The notes under the pieces are model-generated. The model worked only from the letters and a program-made list of their open reading frames with translations. It was not told the DNA's origin and searched no databases. 64,000 nt of DNA. It comes from Candidatus Babeliales bacterium (GTDB lineage: Bacteria > Babelota > Babeliae > Babelales > JANWKD01). Positions 40,700 through 50,864 of this stretch are shown here, in pieces; positions within the stretch are counted from its first letter, which is position 1, and the number at the start of each line of letters is the position of its first letter. Location of the stretch: NCBI GenBank assembly GCA_963722075.1, contig CAVRJM010000001.1, positions 384,001 through 448,000 on the forward strand. Reading direction: 5' to 3'. The position numbers and the translations under genes were made by a program.

Positions 40700-41656
40700 A
40701 TGTCACATTCAAAAAAATCGGTTCTTGAAGTAGATTCGCTAGTAAAAATTTTTAGTCAAAAAGGCTGGTTTGGTAAGCAAAAAGAATTTATTGCGGTAAA
40801 CGGCATTTCATTTTCATTGCAGGAAGGTGAGATACTTGGGTTTTTAGGGCCTAATGGCGCTGGAAAAACAACAACCATTCAAATTTTGCTCAGTCTTATG
40901 ACTCCTACATCTGGTAGAATTACCTATTTTGGTAAAAATTTCTTTAAATATAGATCTGAAATTTTACAAGATGTTGCTTTTGCAAGCGCCTATACCAAAT
41001 TACCTGCCCGATTAACGATATTTGAAAATCTTGATATTTATGGGCGATTATTTGGCCTTTCGGAATCTATGCGAGCAGCAAAAATAAAAGAATTTTTAAG
41101 TTTTTTTGGCATGTGGGGTTTGCGTGATAAACCGGCAGGTCTTTTATCAGCCGGGCAAACGACACGCGTTATGCTTGCCAAAGCATTTTTAGCTGACCCT
41201 AAAATAGTGCTTCTTGATGAACCAACCGCTTCATTAGATCCTGATGTAGCGTATGATGTTCGCAACTTTGTTATTCAGCAACAACGTGATCGCAATATTT
41301 CGGTTCTATTTACCTCTCACAATATGGCGGAAGTAGAAGAAATATGTGATCGGGTTCTTATTTTAAAAAATGGTTCCATAATAGCTGATAACACACCTGA
41401 GGAAATTGCTTTAAGCATCTCTAAAACCCGTTTAAGCATTATGGTTAAGGGTGAAAATCAAACAAAAACAGAACAGTATGCCCAAGAACAGCATTTGAGC
41501 TATCAAATCACTGAGCATTTTATTGAAATTCAAGTTGATGAGGAAAGAATCGCATCTCTTTTAGCTGATTTAGCTAAGCGCAATGTTAACTATTCCCAAA
41601 TTTCGATTGAAAAACCAACCCTTGAAGATTATTTTTTACATATTGCAAAGCAATAA
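40700..41656 (+). CDS. ABC-2 type exporter ATP-binding protein
   Basis: GPNGAGKTT, LSAGQ, LLDEPT, SHNM. Confidence 0.95.
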   Translation: MSHSKKSVLEVDSLVKIFSQKGWFGKQKEFIAVNGISFSLQEGEILGFLGPNGAGKTTTIQILLSLMTPTSGRITYFGKNFFKYRSEILQDVAFASAYTKLPARLTIFENLDIYGRLFGLSESMRAAKIKEFLSFFGMWGLRDKPAGLLSAGQTTRVMLAKAFLADPKIVLLDEPTASLDPDVAYDVRNFVIQQQRDRNISVLFTSHNMAEVEEICDRVLILKNGSIIADNTPEEIALSISKTRLSIMVKGENQTKTEQYAQEQHLSYQITEHFIEIQVDEERIASLLADLAKRNVNYSQISIEKPTLEDYFLHIAKQ

Positions 41657-41671
41657 GGGAAAGGGCATGTT

Positions 41672-42466
41672 ATGAAATTATATAGAATTAATGCCATAAC
41701 ATTACGCCATCTCATTTTAACATTTCGCGATTTACATCGATTTATTGAATTAGTTTATTGGCCACTTTTAGATATCATTATCTGGGGGTTTACTACTCAA
41801 TGGATTCAAAAAAATCAAATTAATACCATACAAGTAAGCTTTATTTTGCTTACATCACTTATTTTTTGGCAAGTAATTTTTAGAGCTCAAATGGAAATTA
41901 ATTTTAGCTTGTTAGATGAGATTTGGTCACATAATTTAACTAATCTTTTCTCAACACCTATACATCTGAGTGAATGGATTACTTCAGTTATGATTATTGG
42001 CTTTCTCAAGTGTCTTTTTACGATGGGGTTTGGTATTACGGCAGTATGGCTTTTATATTCAATTAATGTTTTTAAACTCGGTTTTACCATTTTTTATTTG
42101 TTTATCATTAGTATTATTTCTGGCTGGGGCATAGGATTTTTAACTACCGCGGCTATTTCTTATTGGGGACAGAAAATGCAAATGCTTGCATGGACCGTTA
42201 TTTGGTTCTTTGCACCCTTTAGTGGTGTTTTTTATCCCATTGAAATTTTACCATCCTGGGTACAGAAAATTTCAGCAATAACTCCCATGTCATATCTTTT
42301 TGAAGGTATACGATCCCTTATAACTACAGGGAACATTCCCTATTCAATGATTATTTGCGCATTCTGTTTATCGCTTGTCTACTTATTGGTATCGATTATT
42401 ATTTTTAAATATGCCTTTGAAAAAACTAAAATATATGGGCTAGCTCGATTAGAACGCTATGAATAA
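41672..42466 (+). CDS. ABC-2 type exporter permease
   Basis: 6 TM, SGVFYPIEILP, PMSYLFE. Confidence 0.92.
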   Translation: MKLYRINAITLRHLILTFRDLHRFIELVYWPLLDIIIWGFTTQWIQKNQINTIQVSFILLTSLIFWQVIFRAQMEINFSLLDEIWSHNLTNLFSTPIHLSEWITSVMIIGFLKCLFTMGFGITAVWLLYSINVFKLGFTIFYLFIISIISGWGIGFLTTAAISYWGQKMQMLAWTVIWFFAPFSGVFYPIEILPSWVQKISAITPMSYLFEGIRSLITTGNIPYSMIICAFCLSLVYLLVSIIIFKYAFEKTKIYGLARLERYE

Positions 42467-42475
42467 GAAAATTGT

Positions 42476-43264
42476 ATGAAATTATATAGAGTTCAAGCAG
42501 TAATGCTGCGTCATTTATTATTATCATTTCGTGTTTTTGGAAACGTTATCAATTTATTTTATTGGCCACTGCTTAATATTTTACTGTGGGGTTTTAATAG
42601 TGTTTGGAACGAGCAAACACAACATCAACCAGCAGAAGTAACCTTAGCTTTACTAACCGCGCTTATGCTTTGGCAAATATTATTTCGTCTTAATATGGAA
42701 ATTTGTATTAACTTATTTGATGAGATACAATCACATGATTTTTCGAGTCTTTTTAGCACACCCTTAACTCTTGCTGAATGGAGTATGGCGGTTGTGGGAT
42801 TAGGATTTTTAAAATCAATTATCACTTTTATTTTTGCTAATCTTATGATTTTTATTTTGTATAGCGTCAATATTCTTACTCTTGGCTGGTATTTGGTTCC
42901 CTTTTTGGGGCTTATTGCGCTTACTGGTTGGGCAGTAGGATTTTTAACGGCATGCGGAATTGTTTATTGGGGCAAAAGTGTACATGAATTGGTATGGGTA
43001 TGTGTATGGGCTTTTGTACCCTTTAGTGGTATTTTTTACTCAGTTACGGTACTTCCAAAATGGGCACAATATATTGCAGCGCTTATTCCGCAATCATATT
43101 TATTTGAAGCGCTTCGTACCTTTATTTTACACAATGCCTTACCGCTTCAGCCATTACTTATAAGTTTTTTATTAAGCATACTGTATTTATGCGGTTCATT
43201 AGTCTTTTTTAACTACTCATTTGAAAAAAGTAAAAGCAAGGGACTTTCGCGCTTAGAACATTAG
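42476..43264 (+). CDS. ABC-2 type exporter permease (paralog)
   Basis: 6 TM, SGIFYSVTVLP, PQSYLFE. Confidence 0.92.
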   Translation: MKLYRVQAVMLRHLLLSFRVFGNVINLFYWPLLNILLWGFNSVWNEQTQHQPAEVTLALLTALMLWQILFRLNMEICINLFDEIQSHDFSSLFSTPLTLAEWSMAVVGLGFLKSIITFIFANLMIFILYSVNILTLGWYLVPFLGLIALTGWAVGFLTACGIVYWGKSVHELVWVCVWAFVPFSGIFYSVTVLPKWAQYIAALIPQSYLFEALRTFILHNALPLQPLLISFLLSILYLCGSLVFFNYSFEKSKSKGLSRLEH

Positions 43265-43357
43265 GGTAGTTTTCCTGGCGTTATACTTTACTTTTTGTTT
43301 TTTGGTTAATTATTCTAAAAGCATAATTCTCAAAAGTAACTAAAAAAGGACGTTAGT

Positions 43358-44206
43358 ATGAAAGCGATATGGCAGGGAACCTTATCATTTGGCATGGTCA
43401 ATATTCCCGTGGGGCTTTATTCAGCAATTGAAACGCAATCACTTGGCTTTACTATGTTGTGTGGTACCTGTAAAAACCCAATTCATTATAAAAGATGGTG
43501 CGATCACTGCAAAAAAGAAGTTATCTGGGACAATATTGTTAAAGGATTTAAAATAAAGAAAGATACCTATTTTATTCTGACGCAAGAAAATCTTCATAAA
43601 TTAAAACCAACCAAAACCGATGCCATTGATATTCAAGAATTTGTAGATGTTTCCTTAATTGAACCGATTTATTTAGAAAAGCACTATTATCTGGCACCTA
43701 AAAAATCTGGTGAAAAAGCATATTTTTTATTTGTTAAAGCATTAAATGCTGCTGCAAAAGTAGCAGTTGGCATTTTTGTTATGCGTGATAAAGAGCATGT
43801 GTGTGTTATATGGCCTTATTTAAACGGGTTATTATTGACCACCTTAAATTATGCCTATGAAATTAAAGATATGGATGCTATTGAAACGCTCAAAGATGCT
43901 GCACCAAAAATTACCGAATCTGAACTTAAGCTGGCACTTAAATTAATTGATATGCAAACAAAAAAAAGTTTCGATTTATCAAAATATAAAGATCATTTTG
44001 CCGAGCGTCTTGCAGCCGTGATAAAAAAAGGAGGTAAAACGAAATTATTACCTGAGGAAAAACCACGCAAGACAACACATGAATCTGCATTGCTTACTGC
44101 ATTACGGGCAAGTATAGAAAAGCCAAAAGCACGCGCAACTAAGGCATCGGTAGCACGCGCTTCTTCGCGCCCAAGAAAGCCTGCTATGAAAGCAAAAAAA
44201 CGGTAG
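43358..44206 (+). CDS. ku: non-homologous end joining protein Ku
   Basis: MKAIWQGTLSFGMVNIPV, IVKGF, YYLAP, basic C-terminal tail. Confidence 0.95.
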   Translation: MKAIWQGTLSFGMVNIPVGLYSAIETQSLGFTMLCGTCKNPIHYKRWCDHCKKEVIWDNIVKGFKIKKDTYFILTQENLHKLKPTKTDAIDIQEFVDVSLIEPIYLEKHYYLAPKKSGEKAYFLFVKALNAAAKVAVGIFVMRDKEHVCVIWPYLNGLLLTTLNYAYEIKDMDAIETLKDAAPKITESELKLALKLIDMQTKKSFDLSKYKDHFAERLAAVIKKGGKTKLLPEEKPRKTTHESALLTALRASIEKPKARATKASVARASSRPRKPAMKAKKR

Positions 44207-44212
44207 TAATTA

Positions 44213-44776
44213 TTATTGACGATTAATATCTGCTATTAATTTCTGTAATTCAGTATCGATAAGTTCTGATTGTGGATTTTCAAGCCTCCCTAACTCTTTT
44301 CTATTATTTATTAACACAAAAGTTGGGACTGCAGTAATATCACCTTGTTCAGCAATCTTAAATAATTTAGATACTTCAATGATAACAAACTTTGCCTTGT
44401 CAGCATTGTTTTCAGCCATACGATGAAACCCGTTAAGTACTTGCATGTTTATCGGATCCGTTTCATCATAAAAAAGAAGCATACTTGGGCCTTTGAAATT
44501 GAGTACTTCAGATTCAAATGCCATTTCAGCCGGGCTAAAATTTTTCATTAAAACATCTATAGTTTCGGGTGCATTCTTAGCTTCAGGCGCCAATATATTT
44601 GCTAGTTTTTGTTCTTTGAGCAGCTGTACAATAATATTAGCAGAACTATTTAAATCGACTACTGCATCACTTTTTTCAATTTGTTGAGATGCAGGTATCG
44701 CATATTTTTGATGATCAGATGAATTACATCCTGCTAAAAAAATAATAATAGGTATAAAAATAATTATATGCTTCAT
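44213..44776 (-). CDS. thioredoxin-fold lipoprotein lacking CxxC
   Basis: Lipobox LAGC; ITAVPTFVL cis-Pro motif; no CxxC. Confidence 0.7.
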   Translation of the reverse strand: MKHIIIFIPIIIFLAGCNSSDHQKYAIPASQQIEKSDAVVDLNSSANIIVQLLKEQKLANILAPEAKNAPETIDVLMKNFSPAEMAFESEVLNFKGPSMLLFYDETDPINMQVLNGFHRMAENNADKAKFVIIEVSKLFKIAEQGDITAVPTFVLINNRKELGRLENPQSELIDTELQKLIADINRQ

Positions 44777-44895
44777 AACTATTAATATAGGTGTAATTTT
44801 TATTTTTTCAAACTAAAAATTTGATTAATAAGCGTATGAATATTAAGCTATCTTTAATTATATTGAGTAAATAAATAGCCTTATAATGGATTTCA

Positions 44896-46317
44896 ATGAG
44901 TGAAAAATTAGCTGATATAAAAACTAACTTCCCCGAGTGGTACCAAGATGTTGTTTACAAATCGCATCTAGCAGATCAAGCACCCGTACGCGGCTGCATG
45001 ATAATTCGTCCTTATGGATACGCCTTATGGGAAAACATCCGCGATACTCTTGATAAAAGAATTAAAGATACGGGACATCATAATGCTTACTTTCCCTTAT
45101 TTATTCCCGAAGAATTTTTAAAAAGAGAAGAAAAACATGTTGAAGGTTTTTCGCCTGAGCTTGCAATTGTAACGCATGCTGGTGGCAAAGATTTAGAAGA
45201 GCCATTAGTAGTTCGCCCAACCTCAGAAACAATGATCCATTATATGTTCGCCCAATGGATTAAATCGTGGCGCGATTTACCCATGAAAATAAATCAATGG
45301 GCAAATGTAGTGCGCTGGGAAATGCGCACGCGGCCTTTTTTGCGTACCACAGAATTTTTGTGGCAAGAAGGCCATACGGCACATGAAACAGCGCAGCAAG
45401 CGCAAGATGAAGCAGAATTAATGTTTAACGAGTATTATGATTTGTTCACCAACTATTTGGCAATCCCTGTTGTAAAAGGAAAAAAATCAGAAAGTGAAAA
45501 ATTTGCTGGTGCTGATACTACGTACACCATTGAAGGAATGATGCAAGATGGTAGGGCATTACAAATGTGTACTTCTCATATTATTTCTCGCAACTTTTCA
45601 AAAGCATTTAACATTTTGTATCAAACACGTGAAGGAAATCTTGATCACCCTTATTTAACCAGTTGGGGATTTACCACGCGTTCTATTGGCGCTATTGTTA
45701 TGGTGCATGGCGATCAAAAAGGACTTATTTTACCCCCTAAAGTTGCTCCTATTCAGGTGGTGATTATTCCTATTTATAAAACTGATGATGATAAACAAGC
45801 ATTACTTGATATGGTAAATAATGTGGCGATGCGTTTAAAAGCTATTGCGCGTATTACTATTGATGATAATGAACATATGCGCCCAGGTGAGAAATTTTAT
45901 ACTTGGGAACTTAAAGGGGTGCCGTTGCGTGTGGAAATTGGATCACGCGATCTTAAAAATGGTACGGTAGTGCTTGCTGATCGAATCGGCATTGCTAAAG
46001 AGACAGTACCGGTAAATGCTATTATTGAAGCGGTACAAGGCCGCCTTGAATTGGTGCAGCAGAAAATGTTTGAGCGTGCCCAAGAACGCTTAAAAACACA
46101 ATGGCATATGGGCAATAAACTGACTGAATTTGGTAGCAAAATAGAAGAACAGGGCGGTTTTTGGCAAACAGGCTGGTGTCGCGATGCTGCATGCGAATTG
46201 CTTCTTAAGCAATATAAAGCAACTATCCGCTGCCTTCTTGATGAAGTTACCGCGGCAGTATGTTTTAATTGCAATAAGAAATCGATTAGTGATATTTTAG
46301 TAGCTAAATCGTATTAA
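44896..46317 (+). CDS. proS: proline--tRNA ligase (short eukaryote/archaea-like type)
   Basis: FPEWY, VRPTSET, FLRTTEFLWQEGH, C-terminal Cys Zn motifs ending AKSY. Confidence 0.97.
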   Translation: MSEKLADIKTNFPEWYQDVVYKSHLADQAPVRGCMIIRPYGYALWENIRDTLDKRIKDTGHHNAYFPLFIPEEFLKREEKHVEGFSPELAIVTHAGGKDLEEPLVVRPTSETMIHYMFAQWIKSWRDLPMKINQWANVVRWEMRTRPFLRTTEFLWQEGHTAHETAQQAQDEAELMFNEYYDLFTNYLAIPVVKGKKSESEKFAGADTTYTIEGMMQDGRALQMCTSHIISRNFSKAFNILYQTREGNLDHPYLTSWGFTTRSIGAIVMVHGDQKGLILPPKVAPIQVVIIPIYKTDDDKQALLDMVNNVAMRLKAIARITIDDNEHMRPGEKFYTWELKGVPLRVEIGSRDLKNGTVVLADRIGIAKETVPVNAIIEAVQGRLELVQQKMFERAQERLKTQWHMGNKLTEFGSKIEEQGGFWQTGWCRDAACELLLKQYKATIRCLLDEVTAAVCFNCNKKSISDILVAKSY

Positions 46318-46856
46318 TCTCCGCTAAATAATTCAATAATAGCAGGGTTAAATTCAGGAATATCGTCAGGTTTTCTACTAGTGACTAAATTGCCATCACG
46401 GACTACTTGTTTATCAATCCAAAGAGCTCCAGCATTCATAAGATCAACTTTAATAGAAGGCCATGAAGTCATGGTACGATCCTGTACTGCTTGTGCATTA
46501 ATAAGTGTCCATGGGCCATGACAAATTGCCGCAATTGGTTTGCCAGCAATGGTAAAATGTTTAACAAAATCTATTGCTTCCGGAATCATGCGTAAACGAT
46601 CAGGATTTATAACGCCGCCGGGCAACAAAAGTCCTTTATAATCTTCTGGATGCGCATTGGATAAATAAATATCAACATCAAATGTATCGGCCCAGTTATT
46701 ATCTTTCCAACCTCGCACGGTTGATTTTTCGGGAGATATTAAATCAACACGCGCACCTGCTTCTTGTAATGCTGCACGAGGCTTAGTCATTTCATCTTGC
46801 TCAAAACCATTGGCTACTAATAAGGCTATACGAACGCCTGATAATTGAGTACTCAT
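46314..46856 (-). CDS. PfpI/DJ-1 family protein (type 1 glutamine amidotransferase-like)
   Basis: GFEQDE, LPGG, AAICHGPW, LVTSRKPDD. Confidence 0.95.
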   Translation of the reverse strand: MSTQLSGVRIALLVANGFEQDEMTKPRAALQEAGARVDLISPEKSTVRGWKDNNWADTFDVDIYLSNAHPEDYKGLLLPGGVINPDRLRMIPEAIDFVKHFTIAGKPIAAICHGPWTLINAQAVQDRTMTSWPSIKVDLMNAGALWIDKQVVRDGNLVTSRKPDDIPEFNPAIIELFSGD

Positions 46857-46956
46857 GCATCGATCCTTTTCTATTTTATTGCAACCGTATTTATACTACT
46901 ATACTATTATCTTCATAATAAATCTGTTACTGCCTATGCAGGCTATTTGAATAATT

Positions 46957-47853
46957 ATGGAATCTATTTTAAATAAATTTGAAGCTTATCTAGTCACCAA
47001 AAAATGCGCTGCTCTTAATAGTGTACATGCGTATGTTGCTGATATAAAACAGTTCGCTTTATTTACGCAAACTAATCAACAAACATTAATGACCGCTAAT
47101 CAAGATACGATCAAATTGTTTTTGAAAGAGCTCAAAAAAAAGAATATAACCAGTCGTTCTATTGCACGTAAAATTTCTTCATTAAAATTATTTTACAAAT
47201 GGGCACAGGATCAATTGCAATGGAATAATATAGCAACCAATTTTATAATTCCCAAGATAGAAAAAAAATTACCTGAATTTCTTACTCCTGAAGAAGTGCA
47301 AGAATTATTAGAAGTTGCTCAAAATGACACCGCGGAAAATGGAAAACGGAACTTTGTACTCTTGTATTTATTATATGCAGGAGGTTTGCGTATTTCTGAG
47401 CTCACTTCATTACGTATACCTCAAATAAGCTTTACCGAGGGTATTGTAAAAGTGCATGGTAAAGGGGCCAAGGAACGCATTGTCCCATTACCGCATGCCA
47501 TTATGGAATTATTAAAAGAATATTTAGATAGTGTACATAAAAAATTTGTTGCTGCTCATCAAGCAACTGATTACCTTTTTCCCACCATATATGCAGGCAA
47601 AATAAAGCCGCTCTCACGCCAAGCTTGTTGGATGATGTTGAAAGAACTTTGTAAAAAAACAACTATTAATCGTCCTATTTCGCCCCATGTATTACGCCAT
47701 TCTATTGCCACTCATTTATTAAAAAATGGCGCCCATTTACGATCATTGCAGCTGTTGTTGGGACATGAAAACTTGTCTACGGTAGAAATATACACGCATA
47801 TTGAATTAAGTTATTTGCGTACTGTTTATGATAAAAAACATCCGCGTTCGTAA
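46957..47853 (+). CDS. xerD: tyrosine recombinase XerD/XerC
   Basis: GLRISE, GKGAKER, SPHVLRHS, LGH, EIYTH, KKHPRS end. Confidence 0.85.
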   Translation: MESILNKFEAYLVTKKCAALNSVHAYVADIKQFALFTQTNQQTLMTANQDTIKLFLKELKKKNITSRSIARKISSLKLFYKWAQDQLQWNNIATNFIIPKIEKKLPEFLTPEEVQELLEVAQNDTAENGKRNFVLLYLLYAGGLRISELTSLRIPQISFTEGIVKVHGKGAKERIVPLPHAIMELLKEYLDSVHKKFVAAHQATDYLFPTIYAGKIKPLSRQACWMMLKELCKKTTINRPISPHVLRHSIATHLLKNGAHLRSLQLLLGHENLSTVEIYTHIELSYLRTVYDKKHPRS

Positions 47854-48075
47854 CTCACTTTGGTGCTACTACAACTATTTTGAATACAAAAATGTCTATA
47901 TTTGTTGTAAATTAATGAGCAATGATTAAACTTTTCTTAGAGAAATAATAGTTACAAAATTATAAATTTTATATTTTTTGGGGTTAAAGGATTTTTGTGA
48001 TTAAAAAGAATATAGCATTATTTTCAACTAACCGACCAATAAATAAAATAGAAAAAAGAAGGAAAAAACAGCTAT

Positions 48076-49194
48076 ATGGCTACCACATTTACCATTGATC
48101 AGAAAAAGCTTCTTTCTGTATTATCAGCAATGCAACCGATTTGTACCAAAAGAACTACCCTCGATACTACAACTTCTATATTATTTCACGTTGGCAATCG
48201 TGAATTAGTGTTAAAAAGTACCGATTTAGAAATCGCGCTGCAATCAACCTGTATGTTGCCTTATCAAAATATACATAGTGAATATTCTTTTCTAGTTTCA
48301 GGTAAGCGAATTTTTGACTTAGTCAAAGAATTAGAAGACGAAATAACGTTTAATTTTGAAAATAATCAGCTCTCGCTTGAAGCAAATAATATACAATTGT
48401 CTTTGAATGTAAAAGAGGCAGAAGGGTTTCCACCATTTCCAGAACGTATTGAAAACTTAATGCATATAGATGCTGCATTTTTTCTTACATTATTAGAGAA
48501 AGTTGCTTTTTTAATTCCGCAAAATAATGCAAACTCAGCATTAAACGGGCTCTTTTTAGAAGTTAATGCTACCGGATTAACCATGACCACTACCGATGGG
48601 CATTGCCTTGCACAAGTAGAATCGAGCAGCATATGCCTTGAGCAAGAAAAAAAATGGTTACTACCACGCCGTGCTATATTTGAACTTAAAAAAATATTAG
48701 AAAGCTCAGAAACAACAACTATTTTCTTAGGAATTTGTGCTAATCAATTAGTATTCTCCGGAGAATCATTCAATTTTTTTACAAAACTATTATCTGAACA
48801 ATTTCCTGCGTATCGTACTATTTTAAATAAGGATGATTTTTTGCCTGCATACGTTGATCGTACCCATTTAATTAAAACATTACGGCGCTCAGCATGCTTA
48901 CTCTCAGGACAATTTTTGGCAACCACGTTTGGATTCAATAAAGAGTTGCTTAACGTTGCTTTACAAAATAAAGAAGTAGGCAAATTACAAGAAGCGTTAC
49001 CAATTGAAGGCTTTACTGCCGATCAGCTTGATATACGTTTTTATGCTCCCTATATTCTGAATGGGTTGCAGGCTTTTTCTGAAGAAAAATTATTGTTTTA
49101 CTTAAAAAATGCAACCAAACCAATTATTTTCCAAGCTGATAGCGATAACTGCAAAATGACCTATTTAGTCATGCCGGTGTCTCCTACCGCTTAA
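48076..49194 (+). CDS. dnaN: DNA polymerase III beta clamp
   Basis: STDLE, TTDGH, FP.Y, YLVMP; 372 aa upstream of recF. Confidence 0.93.
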   Translation: MATTFTIDQKKLLSVLSAMQPICTKRTTLDTTTSILFHVGNRELVLKSTDLEIALQSTCMLPYQNIHSEYSFLVSGKRIFDLVKELEDEITFNFENNQLSLEANNIQLSLNVKEAEGFPPFPERIENLMHIDAAFFLTLLEKVAFLIPQNNANSALNGLFLEVNATGLTMTTTDGHCLAQVESSSICLEQEKKWLLPRRAIFELKKILESSETTTIFLGICANQLVFSGESFNFFTKLLSEQFPAYRTILNKDDFLPAYVDRTHLIKTLRRSACLLSGQFLATTFGFNKELLNVALQNKEVGKLQEALPIEGFTADQLDIRFYAPYILNGLQAFSEEKLLFYLKNATKPIIFQADSDNCKMTYLVMPVSPTA

Positions 49195-49215
49195 TACCAT
49201 TTAAGAAGTAACCTT

Positions 49216-50301
49216 GTGCGTATATACCATCTTCAAGTGAAAAATTTTCGTTGCTTTACTGATTTTTCGCTTGATTTTAACGAGCCATTAATAGTAATTA
49301 CCGGTCGAAACGGGTCAGGGAAATCGTCCCTTTTGGAGGCGCTGCACTATTGTTGCTATTTACGTTCATTTCGCACTCATTTGCCCCGTGAGCTTATTAA
49401 TTTTATCAGTGAAAACTTTTTTATTAAAATTAAGCTCCATAGCCAGGCAGATGCACTATTTGATCATGAGCTTCAAGTAGGATTTTCAAAAAAGAAGCGG
49501 CTTATTAAAATTGATCAGCATCCGGTACAATCATATAAAGAGCTTGCAGCGTATTACCGGGTGATTACTGCCACCGAAGATGATTTAGTTCTTATTAAAG
49601 GATCTCCCGATATTAGACGCTTATTTCTTGATCAGGCATTAATGTTGGAAAATCCATCATTAGCAGGCACATTAAAGAGATATCGCCATATCGTTGAAAA
49701 TCGTAACGCGCTTTTACAACAACCACCGTATAATTATGAATCCTATAAAATATGGACGGAACAGCTGTGGACAGAAAGTATTACCATTCAAGAGCAACGA
49801 AGGCATTTTTTAGCTAATTTAGAGGAAAAAATACAACAGCTACTGCATGAACTTTTTGACAAAGAAATGCAGGTTTCATTTACGTACCATGCCAAAAAAA
49901 CAGAAATCGGACAATCATTTGAAGATTTTTGGATGAATATTGAAGCAATGCGGTCCATGGAAGGAGCCTTTAAAAGATCATTGTTTGGTGCCCACTTAGA
50001 TGACTTTTCTATTAATTTCTGCAATAAGACATCCCGCGCCTACGCTTCTCGAGGACAACAAAAGCTGCTCATAATGCTTATTAAAATAGCTCAGATGGAA
50101 GCGGTTGCCCTTCAATCTGGTCCATTACTATTATTACTTGACGACTTTCTAACTGATTTTGATGAACACCGCGGCCGTACCTTACTTTCTTATATAACGC
50201 AGTTACCCCATCAAATTATTATTACTAGACCGACCCGGGGAGGGTATCTAGAGGAGTTGGTTCAGAGTGGCCGTGCTCAGCATATTGAATTGACTCCCTG
50301 A
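49216..50301 (+). CDS. recF: DNA replication/repair protein RecF
   Basis: GRNGSGKS, SFRT, RRLFLD, ASRGQQK, LLLDD. Confidence 0.95.
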   Translation: MRIYHLQVKNFRCFTDFSLDFNEPLIVITGRNGSGKSSLLEALHYCCYLRSFRTHLPRELINFISENFFIKIKLHSQADALFDHELQVGFSKKKRLIKIDQHPVQSYKELAAYYRVITATEDDLVLIKGSPDIRRLFLDQALMLENPSLAGTLKRYRHIVENRNALLQQPPYNYESYKIWTEQLWTESITIQEQRRHFLANLEEKIQQLLHELFDKEMQVSFTYHAKKTEIGQSFEDFWMNIEAMRSMEGAFKRSLFGAHLDDFSINFCNKTSRAYASRGQQKLLIMLIKIAQMEAVALQSGPLLLLLDDFLTDFDEHRGRTLLSYITQLPHQIIITRPTRGGYLEELVQSGRAQHIELTP

Positions 50302-50428
50302 AACAATAATAATTATTTAATCAATTATAGTTTTTTGTTAGTTGACAGTTATAAAAAAACAGGATAAATTATTAGTAATAATTACTGAAAATATGGCTTA
50401 ATATAGCGTTATGTTTAAATTATACATA

Positions 50429-50456
50429 TTGACATTTTCTATATTTTATCCATAAT
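50429..50456 (+). promoter_or_regulatory. sigma70-type promoter with no downstream CDS
   Basis: TTGACA-16 nt-CATAAT; a second TTGACA-17-TAAATT at 50342-50370. Confidence 0.55.
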
Positions 50457-50462
50457 TAAAAT

Positions 50463-50560
50463 TGAACATACTGCAAAGTCGATAACAACAATTACTTAGG
50501 CTTCATTACTACTCTCCTTTTTTCCACCACATTGACTTACGTCAATGTGGTGGTTTTATT
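50463..50560 (+). ncRNA. candidate small regulatory RNA with anti-SD motif
   Basis: Lies between promoter and perfect terminator, no credible ORF, contains ACTACTCTCCTTTTTT. Confidence 0.45.
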
Positions 50561-50562
50561 TT
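50524..50562 (+). terminator. intrinsic terminator
   Basis: CCACCACATTGAC/GTCAATGTGGTGG perfect 13-bp stem plus T tract. Confidence 0.85.
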
Positions 50563-50680
50563 AACTATAAAAACCGCTTTATAGTACGATATTCGCAGAG
50601 ATCATTTCAATTAGAAACAATTATTCAATAATTTGAAGACTGATGAGAATCCTGTTATAAAATAATGACTTATTATTTAT

Positions 50681-50827
50681 TTACTGGATCCCCACGCTAC
50701 GCTCGGGACGACGATGGTCCAAAAACAAAAGAACGTCGTTGCGAGTTTATCCGACTTCGCCAAGGCTACTTCGGACAGGAGAAGCAACTGCGTCCGCCGT
50801 AGTTTTAACGAAGGCTGGATCCAGTAA
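50681..50827. repeat. composite palindromic element
   Basis: Terminal IR TTACTGGATCC/GGATCCAGTAA; TCCGACTTCGCCAAGGCTAC identical to 16153. Confidence 0.85.
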
Positions 50828-50864
50828 TCTATTTAAGTCTTTTAATTCTATACTTTAAAGGCAG

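Noticed and set aside
46957..47853. Integron or prophage integrase
   Set aside because: Size and motifs fit housekeeping Xer; no IntI insertion, attC sites or phage genes.
47854..48075. oriC near dnaN/recF
   Set aside because: AT-rich, but no cluster of DnaA boxes and no dnaA; only one near-match (TTATCCATA at 50446).
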